In this document: positions 39,407-53,109 of the stretch, in pieces
How the letters are laid out: every line of letters starts with the position of its first letter
Numbering within the stretch: the stretch's first letter is position 1
Assembly: GCF_006345805.1 (NCBI RefSeq)
Contig: NC_042997.1
Coordinates: 48,360,001-48,424,000 of the forward strand
DNA from: Octopus sinensis
Lineage: Eukaryota
Direction: 5' to 3'
DNA length: 64,000 bases
Translations under genes and position numbers: made by a program
The notes under the pieces: generated by a model
Database searches by the model: none
Told to the model about the DNA's origin: nothing
What the model saw: the letters and a program-made list of their open reading frames with translations, nothing else

Positions 39407-39420
39407 TGATAAATAGATAG
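39297..39420. repeat. (GATA)n array at the 5' flank of the Tx1-like element
   Basis: Direct reading. Confidence 0.95.
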
Positions 39421-40090
39421 CTATGGAAATGCGTATGTGTGCATACACATATATCCGTTTGTCTGCATAGACGATACTAGATATGTAAATTTATTCATTT
39501 ATTGATTCTGAAGAATAATTAAACACATGTTTGTAAAAATATGCACACATCCTTTTTAAATTAAATATACAGAGATACACATATACGCACTCATATGACC
39601 ACATATATACATGTAATATATATTAGAAAAAAACATATCATGAACGGCGATCGAGCGCTAAAAAGAATCTGGACTTATGTAAGTATAAATTCGTATACTA
39701 AATGCTGTTTTTTCTCATTTATACTCATGTTTTCTAATTATTTTATCATCACTCTAGATATATTTAATTACATCCGCAAGGAATAAAAACTACTATCATC
39801 GTGTTATTACATTAAAAAGATTTTACATTTTTTTCTTACTCTGCTCCGAGCAACAAGAAATTCCTAAGATCATATTCGCTTCAAAAGTCAGTGCAACAGA
39901 TTACATTCTCAGTATAGGTTCTACACAAATCGTGTCATATTTTAGAACGTTCAAAACCCCACCCCTGCAGCCAGCTAAATATAAAACAAAATACATATGT
40001 ACATACACTCTTTCTCGCACATTACCTTTGTTACACATATGCACACATATATACATGTATATGCATATATATATATGTATATATATATAC

Positions 40091-40127
<37 letters not shown>

Positions 40128-40289
40128 CATGCATGTATAATGTATGTATGTATTTATACATACATTCATAAATGTATACGTGCTTACGTCGTAAATAAGC
40201 ATACCATATTATGCTTCATTAAATATAACTTCATATACGATATGTATATACACTCACACCCAAATCATCCACACCCACATACATACACA

Positions 40290-40329
<40 letters not shown>

Positions 40330-40914
40330 AAATATATACATACATGTATATATATACACATATATATTTATATACATGATTATTAATATATGTTACGATT
40401 ATATATATATATATAGACATGTATAAAAACACTTAACACACAGGTACGCATACAGACGTGTATACATAAATATGTGTGTGTGTGTGTGTTTGTGTGCGTA
40501 TGTGTGTTTGTGTTTGTGTGCGTGTGCGTTTCTGTATATGTGTTGATGTCAGAACATATAAGTAGGTAAAAATGAAATAATATCATGTATATATTAAGGT
40601 AAAAATTCACTTACAGTAAATATATTTTCTCCAGACAGAAATATATGTGTCTTGTACTACCAGCAGTGGAATAACTGATCTTATCCCTTCATGAATGGAT
40701 ACAAAAGAATGAATACTTAGTATAAATTACTGCTTATATACAAAACCGGCGAAACATAAACGTCGGAAATCCATGGAAGAAGTCGAACTTTCAGAATTCT
40801 CCTACAGTTCTCTTGCGCATATAACATCACCCAGGAGAAAGTTCTAATGGCTAAAATTCTCAAAATAATATTCATATTAAATAACTCAAAAAAATACACC
40901 GAAAATTCAGTCCA

Positions 40915-41040
40915 CATTTTGTCAATCCCCTAGGGATGAAAGAAAAGATCAAACTCGGTATAATTTGAATTTAGAACTTAAAACCGGATGAAATATCGCT
41001 AAGCATTTTGCTCGGTGTACTAACGATTCTGCATGCTAGC
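40915..41040 (-). mobile_element. Degenerate SINE fragment
   Basis: gggatgaaagaaaagatcaaactcggtataatttgaattt...gctaagcattttgctcggtgtactaacgattctgc. Confidence 0.5.
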
Positions 41041-41190
41041 TACTGAGTATAGGTGTATTCTGTTTGCCGACAATTAGCTAAATTGATATTTACAAATAAT
41101 ACATAAATACAATGTTCAAAATTAAACAAATAAACAAAAATAAGACAGTGACAGGTGAGGGAACAATAAACAAAATGTGACAGCTTGATA

Positions 41191-41224
41191 TTGTTCGACG
41201 TTTCGAGTTTACTCTCTTCAACAG
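41191..41224 (-). ncRNA. Degenerate minimal hammerhead (C3 missing)
   Basis: Minus strand: tgt-TGAAGA-GAG taaa CTC-GAAA-CG-TC^gaacaa; lies beyond the left arm of the Penelope element. Confidence 0.4.
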
Positions 41225-41418
41225 AGGGAAATGAGGAGAGAAAATCAACGGAGAGAGAAAGAAAGAAAGGAAGAGAGAAAAGATGTCTCTGAAGTAACGG
41301 TTGCACGTGTTGAACGTATGTATGTGCGTGTGAGTGTGTGTGTATGTGTGTGTATGTATGTGTGTGGAAGTGTGTGCGTGTGTGTATATGCAGTATATAT
41401 ATATTATATATATATATA

Positions 41419-43360
41419 TATAAGAAAATAGTAAAGTGTGAAAAAACGACAGAAGGCTTAAATGTTAAAAAATATATATATTTGTGTAAAAATGTCTGGA
41501 GAATATTGGAAAAATTTTTTTTCCTTTCCTTAAAATGACATAATTTTAAAAATTTTTAAAGAAATTACCGGTTCGCGTGTAGCTTTTCAAATTTCTTGTG
41601 ACGTTATGTTTATATTGCATGGAATTATCGTTGTGTTTTATTTCCAGGAGATTTCTAAATAAGGGGAGGTAGTGAGTGATTTTTTCCGGTGTAGGGGAGA
41701 TAATCGCTTAAAAATTTTTTTTCCTTTTCCTTGTTAATTTCTCTGTGTCAGTATGTTCGGATGGTTGAGTCTGGGTTTGTACTTTTCAATGAAGAATGTT
41801 TCCTTGTTCAGTCTCATTTGTGTTGATGATCCGAAAGCACATTGGTAAAATGGGAAGATTAAAAATTGTGGCAGTAGTTGCTTTGCGCATTTCTCAATGT
41901 GCTCACTAAAAGGTATCATTCTATATTCTGGGAATGCAATCTGTTGTCGATGCAGTGTGCATCTGCGCCTGAGTGATAGTCCCGTGGAACCCACGTAGTC
42001 TTGGTGGCAGCCCGAGCATTTAATAACATAAATTATGTTTTCAGCATAAACCCAAATATACAGTTCACAATGGAATACAACCAGAAGGAGCTCCCGTTCT
42101 TGGATATACTAATTAAAAAAATTAACCTTAAAATAGAAACAGACATTTTTACAAAGCCACAGACGCCAAACAATACCTTCTTTTTAATTCATGCCACCCA
42201 AGACACACTAAAACAAACATCCCCTTCAACCTTGCAAGAAGGATATGCACAATAGTGTCAGAACAAAATACCAGGAACTTTAGACTGCAAGAACTCAAAA
42301 ACACCCTAATTGACAGACATTACCAGCTCAACTCATAGAGGATGGGATCAGACGTGCAACAGAAATCAACATAGAGACTTTAAGAAAAGTTCAACACAAC
42401 AACACACCTTCCCCGAAAATACTACCTTACATATCTACATACAACCCCAGAAACAAAGAAGCCTTCACCATCATCACCCAGAATTTACCAATACTTCATA
42501 AAAACCCAAAATTAAGGAAATTCTAAACATACACCAAATCATTAAAAGCTACAAACAGCCTAAATCACTTAAAAAGATTCTCACAAATGCAAAATTGTCT
42601 TCTAAAATTACGGATGCCAAAAGTAAAAAAATGTGGTAGATCGAACTGTGCAACATGTCCTAACCTATTGGAAGGATCAGAATTCTTCTTTAAAGAGGGA
42701 CAGAAATTTAAGATCAAATCTAACTTTACTTGTGCCTCTGAAAACATAATTTATGTTATTAAATGCTCGGGCTGCCACCAAGACTACGTGGGTTCCACGG
42801 GACTATCACTCAGGCGCAGATGCACACTGCATCGACAACAGATTGCATTCCCAGAATATAGAATGATACCTTTTAGTGAGCACATTGAGAAATGCGCAAA
42901 GCAACTACTGCCACAATTTTTAATCTTCCCATTTTACCAATGTGCTTTCGGATCATCAACACAAATGAGACTGAACAAGGAAACATTCTTCATTGAAAAG
43001 TACAAACCCAGACTCAACCATCCGAACATACTGACACAGAGAAATTAACAAGGAAAAGGGAAAAAACATTTTTAAGCGATTATCTCCCCTACACCGGAAA
43101 AAATCACTCACTACCTCCCCTTATTTAGAAATCTCCTGGAAATAAAAACAACGATAATTCCATGCAATATAAACATAACGTCACAAGAAATTTGAAAAGC
43201 TACACGCGAAACCGGTAATTTCTTTAAAAATTTTTAAAATTTGTCATTTTAAGGAAAGGAAAAAAAATTTTTCCAATATTCTCCAGACATTTTTACACAA
43301 TATATATTTTTTAACATTTAAGCCTTCTGTCGTTTTTTCACACTTTACTATTTTCTTATA
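41419..43360 (+). mobile_element. Penelope-like element, 5'-truncated, with an inverted ~625-bp duplication of its 3' end
   Basis: 41419-42044 is the reverse complement of 42738-43360. The sense part from 42045 encodes NPNIQFTMEYNQKELPFLDILI (RT C-terminus, frameshifted), a CGRSNCATC linker and the GIY-YIG domain; (TA)n near both ends. Confidence 0.92.
42587..43048 (+). CDS. Cys-rich linker plus GIY-YIG endonuclease domain of the Penelope-like element
   Basis: KCGRSNCATC...NIIYVIKCSGCHQDYVGSTGLSLRRRCTLHRQQI...RLNKETFFIEKYKPRLN. Confidence 0.88.
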   Translation: MQNCLLKLRMPKVKKCGRSNCATCPNLLEGSEFFFKEGQKFKIKSNFTCASENIIYVIKCSGCHQDYVGSTGLSLRRRCTLHRQQIAFPEYRMIPFSEHIEKCAKQLLPQFLIFPFYQCAFGSSTQMRLNKETFFIEKYKPRLNHPNILTQRN

Positions 43361-43396
43361 TTCACCCACGTGCTTTACCAAACAAACTTTCTTATC

Positions 43397-43459
<63 letters not shown>

Positions 43460-44084
43460 TTATAGATTAGTGACAGGTATTCTCTGTCTAGGATACACTT
43501 CGTAGTGCTCACGAGATATTGCTCAAGAGATATTCAGGAGAAAATGTAAGGACAAACAAGTTAGGCAAGTCGGTATACAAGAAATATTAAAAATATTTCA
43601 TACGAAAAAATGTACAAGTGTATACATATAAGAAAGTCCGACTTACACAGAATAGAAATGATATCGGGGATGGAATTGGTTGAGTGGGAGATTTTTACGA
43701 ATCCAACAGCTGTTTCTGGGAGCTTGTTGTTCCAAACTATTGATTGTAACCTGATTCTATCATCGGATAACACCAGCCATCGTCATCAGGCAAGAAATCT
43801 ACATTTACAGAGTAGAATTTAAAGATTACCACCAAACCCACAGTAACAGCTGTTGGACTTGTAAAATTCCTACTCCACCCCTTTAATCCCTGATATCATT
43901 TGTATTCAGTCTCCCTTTTTCTTCTTTATTCCCTGACTCTGCTATTGTCATCTCAGTTGTTTCTTCTTATTACCTTGCCCTTGTTGCTTCCCGGCACCGT
44001 TTGGCATCATCTCTGCACCCTGAAGAATTCCATCTCTTTCTCCATAGTATAATCAATCAGCCGGGTTGTCTGCTGCTGGAGAGG

Positions 44085-44775
44085 AACGATCAGGTAAAGG
44101 GCCTGGGTATCTTGGTGGATTCCTCCTTTTCGCGTTCGGCCCAGTGCGTCCATGCTGCCAACAAAGCACGGGGAGTTCTGTTCTTGATTCGACGGTCATT
44201 CGGAATGCTCACAGCAGCCATATTCCTACCACTCTATATCACGCTGGTGAGACCCATATTGGAGTACGGGATTCAAGCCTCTTCTCCTTATCTCCTCAAA
44301 GACATACAGCATCTCGAAAGAGTCGAAGCTGGCTACCCTCATGGTTCTTGGTTTCAAGAATTTGTCTTATGAAGAAATGCTGAAGACGCTCGACCTTTAT
44401 TCTCTAGAAAAACGACGATCCGTGGAGATCTCATTCTTGCTCACAACATCATAAGCGGAAAGTGTAACCTCTCGAAAGAGCTGTTCTTCACTCCTGCTCC
44501 AGAGCGTCGGCTGCGGGGTCATTCCGAAAAGCTCTATCTGCGACGATTTCATCTCAATCGAAGGCGAGGGGCTTTCTCCGTCCGGGTTGCGGATCCGTGG
44601 AATAAGCTGCCGGACGAGATGGTGAAGATGCCGACGACCGCTGGGTTCAAAGTCTCCCTTGACCTCAAGTGGTCTGAACTCTTTGCATGAACACCACCCT
44701 ATACATAACTCCATGTCCCCCTACATGATCTTGCTTTTTGCTTAATGAGCCAAAAAATTAACTAACTAACTAATA
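44085..44775 (+). mobile_element. CR1-clade LINE 3' fragment
   Basis: KGLGILVD...AANKARGVLFLIRRSF...LYITLVRPILEYG...KDIQHLERV, then LEKRRxRGDLI; ends in a short (CTAA)n tail. Confidence 0.85.
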
Positions 44776-45023
44776 ATTATTGTTTGGTAATGTATAAGAA
44801 TGTCAACACAAATGAAAGTGATTAAAAAAGTCAAAAGAATGAATTAAAATAATGAAATATTTTTCTATAAAAACATAAAAAGAAAGAAAACTCTAAAATT
44901 GAAATGTTATATAATCCATGCAAAATGATGTGTTTCTATGTATACCTTAATACATTTAGTGTACTAAATATACTTAATAACGTTTGTATAACGACTTGCC
45001 TAACGCCCTACTCCTTAGATTTA

Positions 45024-45066
<43 letters not shown>

Positions 45067-45782
45067 TGAAATCATTCACAAAAAATGAACATTGTATTCT
45101 AACCCAATTTTTCTCTTTTTTGTTTAAAAAAAGAACTTTCACCTAATTAAATACACTCTCCCTTACTTAAATTATTTTGTCAACATTTTCTTCATTTCCT
45201 TTTTTTATATATCACAACTCGTGTTCCACATCTCCTTTTTTAAATATATATATATATATATATCAAGAACAATCTTACTTAGAAAGGGATGCGTGCGTTC
45301 CGTCATATAATATATTAATCACCTTCGAAACGTAGAGTAGATGAAACCATGGTGACTGAAGAAGGGGTTTTTTCCTTGTGTTATTTGTCCTGTACTCTAT
45401 TTTGTTGTTGTTTAAGATAAATGTCCAGTTCCTTGGGTTTGTGTCTATGTTTTCGATTCTTGGTGTCCTGTACTAATATATGCGTGTCTATATACATGTA
45501 GAGGTAGGTACGTACATTTACGTATATATATATGCATATGTTTTATTTATTAATATATTATATATATATAATTCGTTAACAAGAATAGTATTATTGGTTA
45601 AGCTCAAATCTCTGCCTAGTTAAGCCATCATCAGACTATCGCATTATGGCTTAGCTGGCGCAATGTTCGGTGTCACTGCCAATGCTTTTCTTGAAAATGA
45701 AGGATAAGTCAGTACCCTTCCAAAGATTTTGTGTAATTCTGCAAATTAAAACAAACATTACTTTGCATATATATGTATAGGT

Positions 45783-46088
45783 GGAGGCGCAATGGCCCAG
45801 TGGTAAGGGCAGCGGACTCGCGGTCGTAGGTTCGCGGTTTCGATTCCCAGACCGGGCGTTGTGCGTGTTTGTTGAGCGAAAACACCTAAAAGCTCCACGA
45901 GGCTCCGGCAGGGGGTGGTGATCCCTGCTGTACTCCTTCACCACTCTTTCTCTCACTCTTTCTTCTGCTGGCCTGCTCGCTTCGCCAGCGGGGTGGCGTC
46001 ATTCGAAGGCTAAAACAATGCGAAGCGCATTGTGACCAGCGACGTGTAGCAACATCTGATGGTCTGGTCGGTCAAGTGATCACGTGAT
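45783..46088 (+). mobile_element. tRNA-derived SINE sharing its head with 3658-4040 but with a different 3' body
   Basis: Near-identical for ~175 bp to ctttctctcactctt, then ctgctggcctgctcgc...taaaacaatgcgaagcgcattgtgaccagcg...gtgatcacgtgat. Confidence 0.8.
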
Positions 46089-46695
46089 ATATGTATAGAT
46101 TGTTTGAAATCGTGTACAGATTTTATATATTAAGATATATTTAGATAATGGACTTGGATACACCATTTGTTTAACACTTCCATCACCTGCAAGAGAAGAT
46201 TTATACCTTTTGCAAATATGAGTTAGTTGAAAATATCTGGCGATAATAATTGTCTTTTGGTATTTTGGAAGAGGATATTTTGGGAATGGTTAGAATGTTC
46301 TTTGTTATTTTGAATATATATGTGTGCGTATATTTGTGTGCATATATTTGTGTGTCCGTGTGTCTAAGTATAAGGCTGTGGTTAATTTTTGAAGGATTTC
46401 CTAGAGAGAAAGAAAAATGAAAAAAATAAGGAAGAGGAAAAAGAAAGAAAGAAAGGAAAGAAGAGAGAAAGAGAGGAAGGAAAGAAATTAAAGAGTTTTC
46501 TGGGATGAATGAAACATTTAGATCATTCACGTCATTAGTTTGCCGCTATGCTAAGGCACCACCTTCAAGAATTATAGTCAAAGAAATCGCGTCCAATGCG
46601 TATCTTTTTTTTAAATCCTGATATTTAATCTATCGGTTCTGCTTGCCGAATAGCTATGTTCCGGGGAAATAAAAACACCAACACACACACACACA

Positions 46696-46734
<39 letters not shown>

Positions 46735-46958
46735 CACACAAAACACACACACATAAATGAGTCAAAAACTCGAAACATTCCTAATAGGTGACGACACATA
46801 AGAAACCGGACGTTTTCACGCTTTTTACCCTGCATTGTCTTTGCCTTTTAGCAATTGAAATATGTCACCAACATGTTTAACTAACCTAAATTTTACCTCT
46901 GCTTAAACCCTGCTAGGCGCTCAATATATATATATATATACATATATATGTATATATG

Positions 46959-47028
<70 letters not shown>

Positions 47029-47185
47029 TGCAGCTTTCCTTCCAGTCTCCGTCTACCGAAGCCACCACAAAGTCAAGACGGCCCGAGCTTATAGCAGAAG
47101 AGTCACTTACGTAAGGCGCCAACTACATTGTTCGAAATGAACTCGGAACAATGTGGTTGAGAAATAAACTGCTCCTCACACAACC

Positions 47186-47253
<68 letters not shown>

Positions 47254-47523
47254 GTGGTTTATTAGCAATTTATCAACCTAAAGGCACATTAAGAGAGGTC
47301 CCTAAGGTGACAGAAGGTACTTATTAGTACGAGTATTTCTAGAAATAAGAGTCAAGACAACTCAAAAGCCACAAAGCACTACCTTGTTGACTGTGAAGGA
47401 GACGTAAGCCCCTATCAGATATAACCAAATCTACGATTCGTGATTTTAATGCAAAGCACCTTAATCCTCATCAGTTTCTCTTACCGGCCCTCGATTATTA
47501 TCAATTTCGGCCCTATGTATATA

Positions 47524-47802
47524 CAGTTGCGGCCAAAATGTTCAGAACGGCATTGTTTTCGTCAGAAAAGTAGGTATAAGTTTTTATTAAAGTTGTTTTA
47601 TATTCATGGGTTTTGCAGTAAATCACTAAATCATCCATAACTTTTTTATTATCCTCTCAAATTACACCGAAATCCCAGACAATAACAAATAATATTGTAT
47701 TTATTGTCTGTGAAAATTATAGAATATAAAACAACTTTGATAAGAACTTATACCTACTTTTCTGACGAAAACAATGCCGTCTGAACATTTTGGCCGCAAC
47801 TG
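47524..47802. mobile_element. Tc1/mariner-type MITE, 279 bp
   Basis: TA|cagttgcggccaaaatgttcag... ...ctgaacattttggccgcaactg|TA; TIRs ~75 bp; no ORF. Confidence 0.88.
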
Positions 47803-47833
47803 TATATTATATATATATGTATATATATTATAT

Positions 47834-47876
<43 letters not shown>

Positions 47877-47885
47877 TACATGCGT

Positions 47886-48660
47886 ATAATAGGGATGACC
47901 AATAAGTGGACATCCAATATGCTAGAAGAAGATCACCTACGATCTAACTACATAGAAGAAATGTTCTCTAAAGAAATTCAGCAAAACACAGAACAAGACA
48001 GATGAAAATATACAAAATACAGAATTAATCGTAGACCGATTTCGTCATCAACGATTTTAGTTACGTAATCATCGTCCGTGGACTCTTCAGTATGATCGTT
48101 CCAATTCAATATAATTTATAGAAATATACACTAGTTGTACTTATAAAAATTAGACATGTGTATTGTTCTACCGATTACATTGGGTTTATTTTCAAATGCC
48201 TAAGTTCTGGCACGCTAAATCCCGGAAACAATTTCGCAGTAGATAATTCACTGCAGTCAATGTTGCCGGTTAGAGAACATAATTATTTAAAATTTAAATA
48301 ACGAGGGTGATAAATTGAATATTGATTTAGTTAATATCAATTTAAAACCAGTAACCTAGCATATAGAAAAATCTGAAAGTTCAGAAAAATTGTAATACAT
48401 GGGTATAATAGGGATGACCACTAAGTGGACATCCAGTATGCTAGAAGAAGATCACCTACGATTTAACCACAAAGAAAAGAATGTTATGTTCTCTAGATAA
48501 ATTCAGCAAACACCAGAACATAAGCGGGTAAGACAGATAAAAATATACAATATACAGAATTCATTTTTCTGAATTTTCAGAGTTTTCTATATGCTAGGCT
48601 ACTGGTTTTAAATTGATATTATGTAAATTGATATTCAATTTATCACCTTCATTATTCAAA
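47886..48660. repeat. Composite direct plus inverted repeat block
   Basis: Direct pair 47886-48026 and 48405-48560 (ataatagggatgacca.taagtggacatcc...); inverted pair ~48300-48388 and ~48563-48655; (TA)n on both sides. Confidence 0.8.
48028..48096 (-). ncRNA. Type I hammerhead ribozyme motif
   Basis: Minus strand: ATCATA-CTGAAGA-GTC(...acgat/atcgt...)GAC-GAAA-TCGG-TC^TACGAT. Canonical G10.1-C11.1; stem I pairs 5 of 6. Confidence 0.72.
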
Positions 48661-48827
48661 TATATATATATACTATATATATAATATATATATGTATATA
48701 CGTAAAATTATAATTAAGGGTATCTAATATGAATTTATTTATTTACTTCGTCATTATGTACATATACATATATGTATGTAAGTATTCGTATGTTGTACAT
48801 ACATATATTTGTAATTATGTACTGTGT

Positions 48828-48889
48828 ATATCCCACTGATGAGGCAAAGCCCCACTGATGGAGCAAAGCCAGAAATCTTGATATGGGAT
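48828..48889 (+). ncRNA. Hammerhead motif with an internal 19-bp duplication
   Basis: atatccca-CTGATGA-ggc aaa gcc [ccactgatggagcaaagcc] a-GAAA-tcttga-TA^tgggat. Confidence 0.5.
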
Positions 48890-49417
48890 TGTCCAATAAT
48901 TTGCTAGTTTATATGATACACAGACAGAAGCCTTTATTCAAGGCTTACATGTTTCCCATAAAATTTGGAAGGGTCTACTTTCACAGTTCAAATGAAGTAG
49001 AAGAACGACCCACACCTTCATCTTTTTCAAATCCCCAGTAAACTGATTGTCAAGGAAAGGAATATGATCAAAATACTAAGCTTTGAAAACTAGTTTATCT
49101 ATTCTGAGAATCTGACTAATATTGCACAGGCAACAAGGGAATCGCGCTCTAATTGTAAATCTAACTATATTAATCAGATGTATAGGAGACAACGAAGAGG
49201 GAGGGAAAAGAGTTGAAAATTACAACAAGTATTTGAAGTGTTAGTAGACGTGGAAGGTGTTATATTTTATGGCAAAAAGACGTTGACAGATTTATGACGT
49301 GCTGAATTAATTAGATAGAAAGGACATTTCACTCTTCACTATATTCATCTTTCCGTAACTCACAAGATAAGAATACCTAATAAACATAATTAATAAATAA
49401 GCCAAGTCATGATATAT

Positions 49418-49488
<71 letters not shown>

Positions 49489-50535
49489 CTTAGAGGACCA
49501 TTTTACTTGGGGGTAACTAATCTTTTTAGGGATATTTACACACAAATTTTGAAGTGTTAATCTTTCCTGAATATACTATGAGATAATTCTGGAACGTATA
49601 TTAATTACAAAGCGGATTCTACATTGGCTTGATATTGATGTTGAATGCTATACAACAAAATGTAGTTACATTTAACTAATATCAGTGGGTGTATATGCAG
49701 TGTCGTGTATCAATATAGAAGTAGTGTACTTCCTTATTTCAGCTACATTTGAAATATGGAAATATGCACCATATGCAGTTGTTACATCTTGTTCTCTCAC
49801 TGATTACATCTGCTACCTTATTGTTTATATTCGTCACGACATGGAATTTGTAAATAATGTTTAGCTAATATACAAATATTATTATAAGAATGAGACTAAA
49901 CACTTATCAAACTATAAGTTTAATATTTTAATCGCAGTCGAAACAAAATATATTGCGTATATACATATTTATACATACATACATGCACATAGTATACTGT
50001 TTCGTTATTAGTAGACAAAAAAAGAAAAAAAAAAGTACTCCAACTAGTGAATGATAAATATTATTTAATATTCGTAGGATTTAAAAGCGTGCTGTTATAA
50101 GTTTCATACCTCTGAAAATTCACTTCGTCCAACCGTTGTATTTACAAAGGAATGAGAATAGATATTTAATCAATTCCTTTACACCCGTTTCGTAGTATTC
50201 TTAGTTGTATAAAAGATATTATCTCATCACACGCACGTATATAAAATACGCGTATAAATATATATTTATACCAATAAATAAAAGCGCAGTGTAAAATATG
50301 ATGTATTATCAATGATGAAACTAACAATATTATAGAAGGGTTTTATACGAATAGAATTAACTTCTATTCTCTCATCTCACTCATCTTATCTTACCCATTT
50401 ATATACATACCCCCCACTGTTATAATACAGTTTAATGCAAAACACTAAGGTTTATCTTAACCTTAATTACAGTCACTCTTGTCAGCTCTTCATTTGATGG
50501 AGTTTAACGAGCTCTTTTTGATGCTTTGAATCCCT

Positions 50536-50837
<302 letters not shown>

Positions 50838-51528
50838 CCGTTCTGCACGCACTCGTTCAGTGTCCAACAATTTCCGACCTGTGGGCTTATGTCGAACAAC
50901 TGCTGTCACGTGTGGGACGAGTCGGTTTATCAGCTGAGTCTATCGTCAATATTGTCACGCCTCCTTCCTTCAAACGGGAAGGAAGAGCTATTTTCATCAT
51001 CCTTGTGGCTATGGCGAAAGAATGTATCTGGTGGACGCGTCTGAAAGGATTGGAGACAAACACTTTCCTCTCTGGTCAATCTCTCATCAATTTCTTCAAG
51101 TACCACTTGAAAAGGAAAGTGAGAGTAGAGAGGCAAGTTTTGTCTAGCGAATGTTTTAAAAAAAGATGGTGAATGTAGCAAGAATGGCACGTATGAATGA
51201 CGAAGCCACCTTGAGCATAGTCCTATGAACCCAGAATCGAAAACAGAGAGTTGCTTATTGCAAAAAAAAAAAAAAAAAAAAAGAAATATAAAATGTGACT
51301 TCATTGACCGAGGTTACCGTGGTCTTTTCCGCAGGCTTTTCTTTCCACGGGTAAACCTCACCTGTCCTCCCCTTTACACTTCATATTGACATTTCTGTGA
51401 TAACGATCCCTATTGATCATTTTTTTTTTCCTCTCCCCCCCCCCTTTTTTTTTTTTTTTTTTTAACCCCCCTTATTTTTGTCCTCTTTCTCTCCTTTTAC
51501 GATCCCTTTTGATCGAACCTCCCCCTTC

Positions 51529-51561
<33 letters not shown>

Positions 51562-51633
51562 CCTTCAAAAGAAAAGCTCTACCTTGTAATTTGTTCTATC
51601 TGTGTGCAGCCCTGTGTGGCTAATAAGAAACAT
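50838..51633 (+). mobile_element. 5'-truncated copy of the Tx1-like element
   Basis: Near-identical to the reverse complement of 33207-34000 (differences mostly in homopolymer length); encodes GRVGLSAESIVNIVTPP...; ends AATAAGAAACAT-ATCT. Confidence 0.93.
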
Positions 51634-51634
51634 A

Positions 51635-51683
<49 letters not shown>

Positions 51684-52036
51684 TATATATATATATATAT
51701 ATATACATACACGTACACACATATATATACATACATGTACATGTATATATATATATATAGACACACGTACATGTATGTATGTATTTATATATATGCATAT
51801 ATGTCATATATATATATACATATGGCATATATTATATGCATATATCTCATATGTATTATATATGTGTTATATATGTGTATCGCATATATATATATATATA
51901 TATTATATATGCACAAAGAGAGAAAGAGTGAGATAGAGAGAAAGATCGTTAGATATATGGATAGATAGATAGATAGATAGATGGATAGATAGATGGATAG
52001 ATATATGGATAGATAGATAGATAGATAGATAGATAG

Positions 52037-52089
<53 letters not shown>

Positions 52090-53109
52090 TATGCTTATAT
52101 GAATATATGATCATGTATGTGACAGGAATAGTCGTATATGAAGCATATGTTTATCACTAAATAGATTCATAAAGGAATATTAATGTTCCTACCCTCTCCT
52201 TATCTATTCCCCAACATAGCTTTCAAGGCCAAGATGATATCAATTGATTAAAGATTAATTAATATGAACAATTCGGAAAAGGAAGTTTTTCTTCTCATTT
52301 TCTTCCTAATAGCAAAATTGATTCTTTTCATTTGATATCCTTATCTTATTCGCTATTGAGTATTGACGTTTCTGTCTAAGATATCGAAATGGAATATCTT
52401 TAAGTTTGTGAAAACAAAAGTTGCCTTCGGGTCTTAGCATACAACATTATTCACAGGAAAGTATCATGTATGCAAAAAGAAAAAAGAAAAATGTGTATCA
52501 TGTGATCTTTCTGCAAACAGTTTTCATTACTTCATTTACCTTAATTTAATTATGACTAGCATTTTTGTTCCCATTGTATTGTTAGTTTATTTTTCTAAAT
52601 TCTTTGTTTCTTTTGTCCTTTATGATTTGTTTCTTTCCTCATCCTCAGTAAACTTTCTATTTTTCTCTTACTTTCTGTCGTCCCCAGTTATTGGATTAAG
52701 CAAATAATTCACCTAATGACATCTCCATAGCAACTGATTGTTAGGGAAATCTTGCCCTTCCACCGTTTATCCATTAAAAATCAATGAGGTCAAGCTATGT
52801 GCAAGCTGTGTCAAACACTCGCTGTCCATTCAATGGCTAGAGCAGGGTCAAACATGATATTAAAATACATAATTCAAATAATTTATAGAAAAATCGGTAA
52901 TCGCAATCTTTTATACTATCTACATCTAATTCTGTAAGCATAAGGATTGGAAATTATTACTTGATGACGTCAGAATATGTTCAAAGCAAACCTGTTTATA
53001 ATACTCGTCGTTGACGAATGTTTCTTTTTCCACGAATATTTAGATCCCGTTATCTTTTTCTTTTTGGGGGGCGCGGAGGGGGGTATACACATAAAATAAA
53101 TATTCTTTT

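Noticed and set aside
45335-45380. GAAACCATGGTG followed by CTGAAGA (permuted hammerhead-like)
   Set aside because: No stem I between the halves, and G at the cleavage position
45585-45650. Minus-strand CTGATGA with stem I and II-like pairing
   Set aside because: The GAAA half of the core is absent; at best a dead remnant
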